A DNA stretch of 64,000 nt. It comes from Bacteroidales bacterium (GTDB taxonomy: Bacteria; Bacteroidota; Bacteroidia; Bacteroidales; UBA10428). Below the pieces are notes generated by a model, which was not told the DNA's origin, ran no database searches, and saw only the letters and a program-made list of their open reading frames with translations. Position numbers and translations under genes: made by a program. Positions 59,753-64,000 of the stretch are shown piece after piece. The stretch spans positions 1,296 to 65,295 of the forward strand of contig JAFGVA010000159.1 of NCBI GenBank assembly GCA_016938235.1, read 5' to 3'. Position 1 is the stretch's first letter. Each line of letters starts with the position of its first letter.

Positions 59753-59995
59753 ATGAAGCACAGCTTTATTCAGTATCTACCCTTATTGTTAACATTATTA
59801 AGCAATGAAGTATGCTCACATGAAACTAATACAACGTTCAACAGAATAACTGTAAAGGGCGGCTTGACTCAATCTACAGGTACATTTATATTACAAGATG
59901 AAGCGGGTTTTATTTGGTTAGCAACCCATATAGATTTTGTTGCAGCGCTCAGAGTAAAGAACATAAGTTGTATACATAGTTTTGGTTTTAACTAA
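59753..59995 (+). pseudogene. N-terminal fragment of a two-component 'regulator propeller' sensor (HTCS-like), truncated after ~58 codons of recognisable sequence
   Basis: Signal/TM MKHSFIQYLPLLLTLLSNEVCS, then FNRITVKGGLTQSTGTFILQDEAGFIWLAT, which matches the first blade motif of Reg_prop sensors (F..L....GL......I.QD..GF.W..T). Similarity ends near 59926 and the frame stops at 59995. Confidence 0.6.
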
Positions 59996-60025
59996 AAAAG
60001 CCTCCTGAATGTTCAGAAGGCTTTT
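59994..60025 (-). terminator. Rho-independent terminator after tRNA-Met (hairpin usable on both strands)
   Basis: The minus strand reads AAAAGCCTTCTGAACATTCAGGAGGCTTTTTTAG immediately 3' of the tRNA. One C/A mismatch in the stem. Confidence 0.7.
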
Positions 60026-60031
60026 ACTTAG

Positions 60032-60104
<73 letters not shown>

Positions 60105-60150
60105 ATATATTTTAAATGTTTCATTTCTCTTTAACCGAACTATTTAATTT

Positions 60151-60202
60151 TAGGACTCGTCCTACGAGCTTCTCCCGATGTATATCGGGACTCTACTCCG
60201 CA
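60151..60202 (-). repeat. Single 52-nt 5'-half tRNA-Met look-alike upstream of tRNA-Met
   Basis: The minus strand reads TGCGGAGTAGAG + TCCCGAT-ATAC-ATCGGGA + GA + AGCTCGT + AGGA-CGAG-TCCT + A. It shares TGCGG(G/A)GTAGAG and AGCTCGT with the tRNA located 46 nt downstream. Confidence 0.85.
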
Positions 60203-60242
60203 AAATCTTAACTTAAATGTTTCGTCGCTGCTAAAGCGGTGG

Positions 60243-60250
60243 CAAATATA
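60243..60250 (-). promoter_or_regulatory. -7 promoter box (TATATTTG on the minus strand) upstream of the tRNA-Met leader
   Basis: Perfect TAnnTTTG match, 40 nt upstream of the tRNA-like unit. No hairpin + T-run lies between it and the tRNA. Confidence 0.45.
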
Positions 60251-60378
60251 TACAAGTTTTTTCGTTACACAAAATTATTTCGTTTTTATTCTGATTATTC
60301 ATTTCTTTAGAAGTTTTTAACAATTCCTGCCAAACTGACACAGAATTCAACTGTTTCATAATTTGGTAAACTTTTTGT

Positions 60379-61116
60379 ATGCCAAGCAATAAAAAAGGAG
60401 ACATTAAAATGATTGATATTGGTTATATTTTAATTTTTGCAGTTTTTGCCATTTTCAGCATGATAATTGGGCAAACATTGAAATCGAAGTTCAGGAAATA
60501 CTCTAAAATTCCTATAAATTATGGAATGAGTGGTAAAGATGTAGCTGTTAAAATGCTACAGGACAATGGTATTTATGATGTGGATGTTGTTCCAACTAAA
60601 GGACAACTTAGCGACCATTATAATCCGGTTACAAAAACTGTTGCATTAAGTCATGACGTTTATTACGGGCAAAACGTTTCAGCAGCTGCTGTGGCAGCCC
60701 ATGAATGCGGACATGCCATTCAACATGCAAATGCTTATGCTCCCTTAAAATTAAGAACAGCCCTCGTGCCTTTACAAAATATCAGCGCACAGATTCTGAA
60801 TACTATCTTTACCCTGATGTTTTTCGGGATTTTCTTTTTCAATGCTAGCAGTGGTTTTGGGACTATAGCTTTAACAATAATAGTTGCAGCCTACGCAGTA
60901 TTTACTCTTGTTGCATTTGTTACATTGCCGGTAGAAATAAACGCAAGCCAGCGAGCACTGGCCTGGTTGTCAAACAGTGGAATAACAAATTACAACAATC
61001 ATTCCCAGGCAAAAGATGCTCTCAAATGGGCCGCTTATACATACGTAGTTGCAGCTTTATCTTCGCTTGCTATGCTGCTTTACTTCTTGTTACGTTTAGT
61101 TGGAAGCAGAGACTAA
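60379..61116 (+). CDS. Membrane zinc metallopeptidase, YugP-like (Zn_peptidase_2)
   Basis: HExxH in VAAHECGHAIQH, an N-terminal TM helix and C-terminal TM helices. An alternative start is M11 at 60409. Confidence 0.75.
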   Translation: MPSNKKGDIKMIDIGYILIFAVFAIFSMIIGQTLKSKFRKYSKIPINYGMSGKDVAVKMLQDNGIYDVDVVPTKGQLSDHYNPVTKTVALSHDVYYGQNVSAAAVAAHECGHAIQHANAYAPLKLRTALVPLQNISAQILNTIFTLMFFGIFFFNASSGFGTIALTIIVAAYAVFTLVAFVTLPVEINASQRALAWLSNSGITNYNNHSQAKDALKWAAYTYVVAALSSLAMLLYFLLRLVGSRD

Positions 61117-61175
61117 TTAATATTAATATTAATCTTTCAGAATAGGCCTGGTAATTATCAGGTCTTTTTTTTGCT

Positions 61176-62300
61176 TTATACCATACCCGAAACTGCCATG
61201 CCAAAATGTTCAAGCAACATGGGAGCATTCTGAATTGATTCTTCGAGTGACATGGGCTTATTTGTTATGGGCCAGATTGAATCAAATCCCGAATTATATA
61301 GTTTTTCATAACCCTCACCCAGAGTTCCGGCAACAGCGATTACATTTTTGTTATACTTCCGCGCAATATTTGCCACTCCCTGGGGTGTTTTTCCAAATTG
61401 AGTTTGTTCGTCAATTTTACCTTCCCCGGTAATTACAATATCTGCCCACTTACAATGTTCATGCAGGTTTACTGCCTCCTGTACAATCTCAAACCCACTT
61501 TTAAGCCTGGCGTTAAGAAAAGCCATGAGTCCGGCTCCCAGACCCCCTGCAGCACCGGCACCTGGTACTTCAGCAATATCTTTCTTTAATTGCATTTTAA
61601 TTTTCGATGCATAATGCTGCAAGTTTTTATCAAGATTATGTACCATAGAATTGTCGGCACCTTTTTGCAGTCCGTACACGTAACTTGCACCTTCACTGCC
61701 GACTAATGAATTTCTCACATCACAGGCAACTAAAAACTCTGATTCGAAAATTCTTGTGTCGATTGAAGAAATGTCAATCGTTTCAATTTCGCCTAAAAAT
61801 CCACCGCCATGTTTAATGTTTTGTCTATGCTTATCAAGAAACCGAACCCCCAAAGCTTCAGCCATTCCTGCTCCTCCATCGTTTGTAGCACTTCCGCCAA
61901 TCGCAATTATAAACTTCCTGCAACCATGTGCAAGTGCATCTTTAATTAATTCGCCTGTACCAAAGGTTGTTGTTATCCAGGGGTTACGCTCTTCTTTACT
62001 CAGAATTTCAATACCAGAGGCTGTTGCCATTTCAATTACTGCTGTTTTGCCATCGCCACAAACTCCATATTTACTGTCAATTGGCCTGAACAATGGATCA
62101 TGTACCTTAATGGGTACCATTTCACCTTTTGTTGCCTTAATAATAACATCCAATGTACCCTCTCCACCATCTGCAACAGGGATTATCCTGCATTGTATAT
62201 CTTTATTCCTACTCAACAATCCTTTCTCGATATGTTTGGCAACTTCAAAAGCAGATAAACAATCCTTGAAAGAATCTGGTGAAATAAGAATTTTTTTCAT
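61176..62300 (-). CDS. Glycerate kinase
   Basis: MKKILISPDSFKDCLSA start, PVADGGEGT, IIAIGGSATNDGGAGM, ITGEGKIDEQT. Confidence 0.9.
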   Translation of the reverse strand: MKKILISPDSFKDCLSAFEVAKHIEKGLLSRNKDIQCRIIPVADGGEGTLDVIIKATKGEMVPIKVHDPLFRPIDSKYGVCGDGKTAVIEMATASGIEILSKEERNPWITTTFGTGELIKDALAHGCRKFIIAIGGSATNDGGAGMAEALGVRFLDKHRQNIKHGGGFLGEIETIDISSIDTRIFESEFLVACDVRNSLVGSEGASYVYGLQKGADNSMVHNLDKNLQHYASKIKMQLKKDIAEVPGAGAAGGLGAGLMAFLNARLKSGFEIVQEAVNLHEHCKWADIVITGEGKIDEQTQFGKTPQGVANIARKYNKNVIAVAGTLGEGYEKLYNSGFDSIWPITNKPMSLEESIQNAPMLLEHFGMAVSGMV

Positions 62301-62391
62301 GAAATTTTGGTTTTCAGGTTACAACATTTGCAAGAAGCTATTAACTTTATATAGGTATACCCTACAAAAATAATAACTAAATCATCAATAT

Positions 62392-62901
62392 ATGGGGCAA
62401 AAATCTATTAAAATCCTGATTGCTATGTTATTTGCTTTTCAGGTAAGTGTTCATGCTCAAACTAATGTTGACAAAGCGCAGGCACTATTTATTTATAATT
62501 TCCTTTCGCACACAATGTGGCCTGAAAATTTTCCGATGGATAATATTAAAATCGGAATATACGGAACAACAAATACCTCAAACACACTTCAGGAATTTAC
62601 CAAGGAAAGAAAAGTTGGCACTAAAGGTATTATGGTATTTCCTGTTAACTCGCTTGAAGAATTGTCGAATTGTAATGTTCTACTGGTTGCCTATAATAGT
62701 AGCAATAAATTACCTGACATCATGAGCAAGGTAAAAAACAAACCATGTCTGGTAATTACAGAAAAATCCGGCTGTATTGCGTCAGGAGCTGCAATTGAAT
62801 TTGAGATTGTAAATGACAAACTGAAATTCAGAGCTAACCTTGATAATGCAAAAAATCAAAAGCTTATGCTTAGTTCTGCTCTTCTTAATATGTCTCTCTA
62901 A
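62392..62901 (+). CDS. DUF4154 / YfiR-like periplasmic protein (paralog 1 of the tandem set)
   Basis: Signal peptide, AQALFIYNFLSHTMWPE, NVLLVAYNSSNKL, KPCLVITEK, IEFEIVNDKLKFRANLDNA. Confidence 0.75.
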   Translation: MGQKSIKILIAMLFAFQVSVHAQTNVDKAQALFIYNFLSHTMWPENFPMDNIKIGIYGTTNTSNTLQEFTKERKVGTKGIMVFPVNSLEELSNCNVLLVAYNSSNKLPDIMSKVKNKPCLVITEKSGCIASGAAIEFEIVNDKLKFRANLDNAKNQKLMLSSALLNMSL

Positions 62902-63050
62902 TAAAATTTTTAATAAGTTTATAACGGTACTTATAGTAAGTAAGTATAAATACCCATTTTAGTTTCGGATTTTACCTATTTCACCTTTATTCAGTAACAA
63001 AACTTTATTTTGCAACGTATTGAAGTGAAATATTATAATAATTATTTAAA

Positions 63051-63560
63051 ATGGGTTCAAGAATCGTTAAATTATTAATTGTTTGTTTTGCTTTTTTTAG
63101 CAATAATGTTTGGGCGCAAACCAGTGTAGATGAAGCGCAAGCCATTTTTATTTACAATTTTCTGTCGCATACATTATGGCCAGAAACTGTTAGTAATAAT
63201 ACAATAGAGATAGGCGTGTATGGGGAAACTAATACCTATAAAACCTTATGTGACTACACTCAAAACCGTAAAGTCGGTACAAAGTCAATTGCAGTTAAGA
63301 AACTAAATTCTATTAATGAAGCTGTAAACTGCAATGTGATTTTAATAGCTTATAACAGCTCAAACCAGATGAGCCAGATAAATGAAAAGCTTAAAAACAA
63401 GCCATGCCTTGTAATTACTGAGAAAGCCGGCACAACCAATCTGGGAGCTATCATCGAGTTCACTCTGGTAAATGACAAACTAAAATACAGGGCTAACCAG
63501 GAAAACGCAATAGATCACAACCTTTATCTAAGTGCGGCTCTGCTGAAGATGTCGCTATAA
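63051..63560 (+). CDS. DUF4154 / YfiR-like periplasmic protein (paralog 2)
   Basis: 169 aa, collinear with the 62392 product and roughly 60% identical by eye: AQAIFIYNFLSHTLWPE, NVILIAYNSSNQM, KPCLVITEK, IEFTLVNDKLKYRANQENA. Confidence 0.75.
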   Translation: MGSRIVKLLIVCFAFFSNNVWAQTSVDEAQAIFIYNFLSHTLWPETVSNNTIEIGVYGETNTYKTLCDYTQNRKVGTKSIAVKKLNSINEAVNCNVILIAYNSSNQMSQINEKLKNKPCLVITEKAGTTNLGAIIEFTLVNDKLKYRANQENAIDHNLYLSAALLKMSL

Positions 63561-63584
63561 TAACTGATATAATATAACTGCAAA

Positions 63585-63617
63585 CGGAGATGATTTTTTC
63601 ATCTCCGTTTTTTTTCT
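63585..63617 (+). terminator. Rho-independent terminator after DUF4154 paralog 2
   Basis: ACGGAGATGA-TTTTT-TCATCTCCGT followed by TTTTTTTT. Confidence 0.8.
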
Positions 63618-63747
63618 GTCAATTAATCAAATAAGGTATTAAACGTAACAGACATGTCGGTAAATACCTAATTTACTGTGTTTTTGAAACGTTATCGGTC
63701 ACTTCGCGTAATATAGTTAAAATGACTATAACACTTTAATTGATATT

Positions 63748-64000
63748 ATGAGAAAAATGAAATTTGTTTTAATTGTTCTGTTGGCATTCTTACCAATGAA
63801 CAAAGCTTTTCATGCCGAAACCGAAATAAGCAATGCAAGAGCACTCTTTATATATAACTTCCTGTCACATATTCAATGGCCCGAAGAATCTTTAGGAACC
63901 AATTTTATATTAGGAGTTATTGGGAATACCACCACCTACGATTATTTGCTTAAATATACCGAACAAAGAAAAATCGGAAAAAGAGGAATTGAAGTTAAAA
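63748..64000 (+). CDS. DUF4154 / YfiR-like periplasmic protein (paralog 3), 3'-partial at the window edge
   Basis: Hand translation gives MRKMKFVLIVLLAFLPMNKAFHAETEISNARALFIYNFLSHIQWPEESLGTNFILGVIGNTTTYDYLLKYTEQRKIGKRGIEVK..., the same motif set as the two upstream paralogs. It is not in the ORF track because it runs off the window. Confidence 0.7.
   Translation, partial: MRKMKFVLIVLLAFLPMNKAFHAETEISNARALFIYNFLSHIQWPEESLGTNFILGVIGNTTTYDYLLKYTEQRKIGKRGIEVK

Noticed and set aside
61756-62373. 205-aa plus-strand ORF
   Set aside because: Antisense to glycerate kinase, which has strong family motifs. No start context or motifs of its own.

Overview
AT-rich chromosomal segment (about mid-30s % GC, judged by eye, not computed). 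It looks like Bacteroidota: a 286-aa primary sigma factor, TAnnTTTG-type -7 promoter boxes, the T9SS components PorQ and SprA, and a cargo protein with a T9SS C-terminal sorting domain. About 40 protein genes lie on both strands. In order they are: two adjacent two-component sensors; a glucuronokinase-like GHMP kinase coupled to galU; a 2584-aa modular surface protein; an aminotransferase; an acyl-activating/carrier/acyltransferase fusion; rpoD; small housekeeping genes including cmk-ispH-priA; an exo-glycosidase block (GH31, PfkB kinase, GH3, GH43, GH95) with no SusC/SusD; an Er-VIT1 iron transporter; a TonB-receptor stub + DUF4154 + hybrid kinase; glnS; folB plus a 57-aa Cys-rich ORF missing from the ORF track; pdxA; ruvA-sprA-gcvH; one intact IS1634-like element and one decayed copy; a YugP-like Zn peptidase; glycerate kinase; and a tandem run of three more DUF4154/YfiR-like paralogs. 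There are three tRNA genes: Pro-CGG, Cys-GCA and an initiator-like Met-CAT. The most unusual signal is at all three tRNA genes. Each is preceded, downstream of a good -7 box and with no terminator in between, by 1-3 head-to-tail truncated tRNA look-alikes. Each look-alike starts with the 5' acceptor strand and 5' D-stem strand of its own tRNA, has a strong GC hairpin in place of the D-loop, and lacks an anticodon. The identical stem TCCCGAT/ATCGGGA is used at the unlinked Pro and Met loci. I know of no described system of this kind, and function is inference only. I found no CRISPR array, prophage, integrase or recognisable defence island. All domain calls rest on motif recognition by eye; no searches were run.
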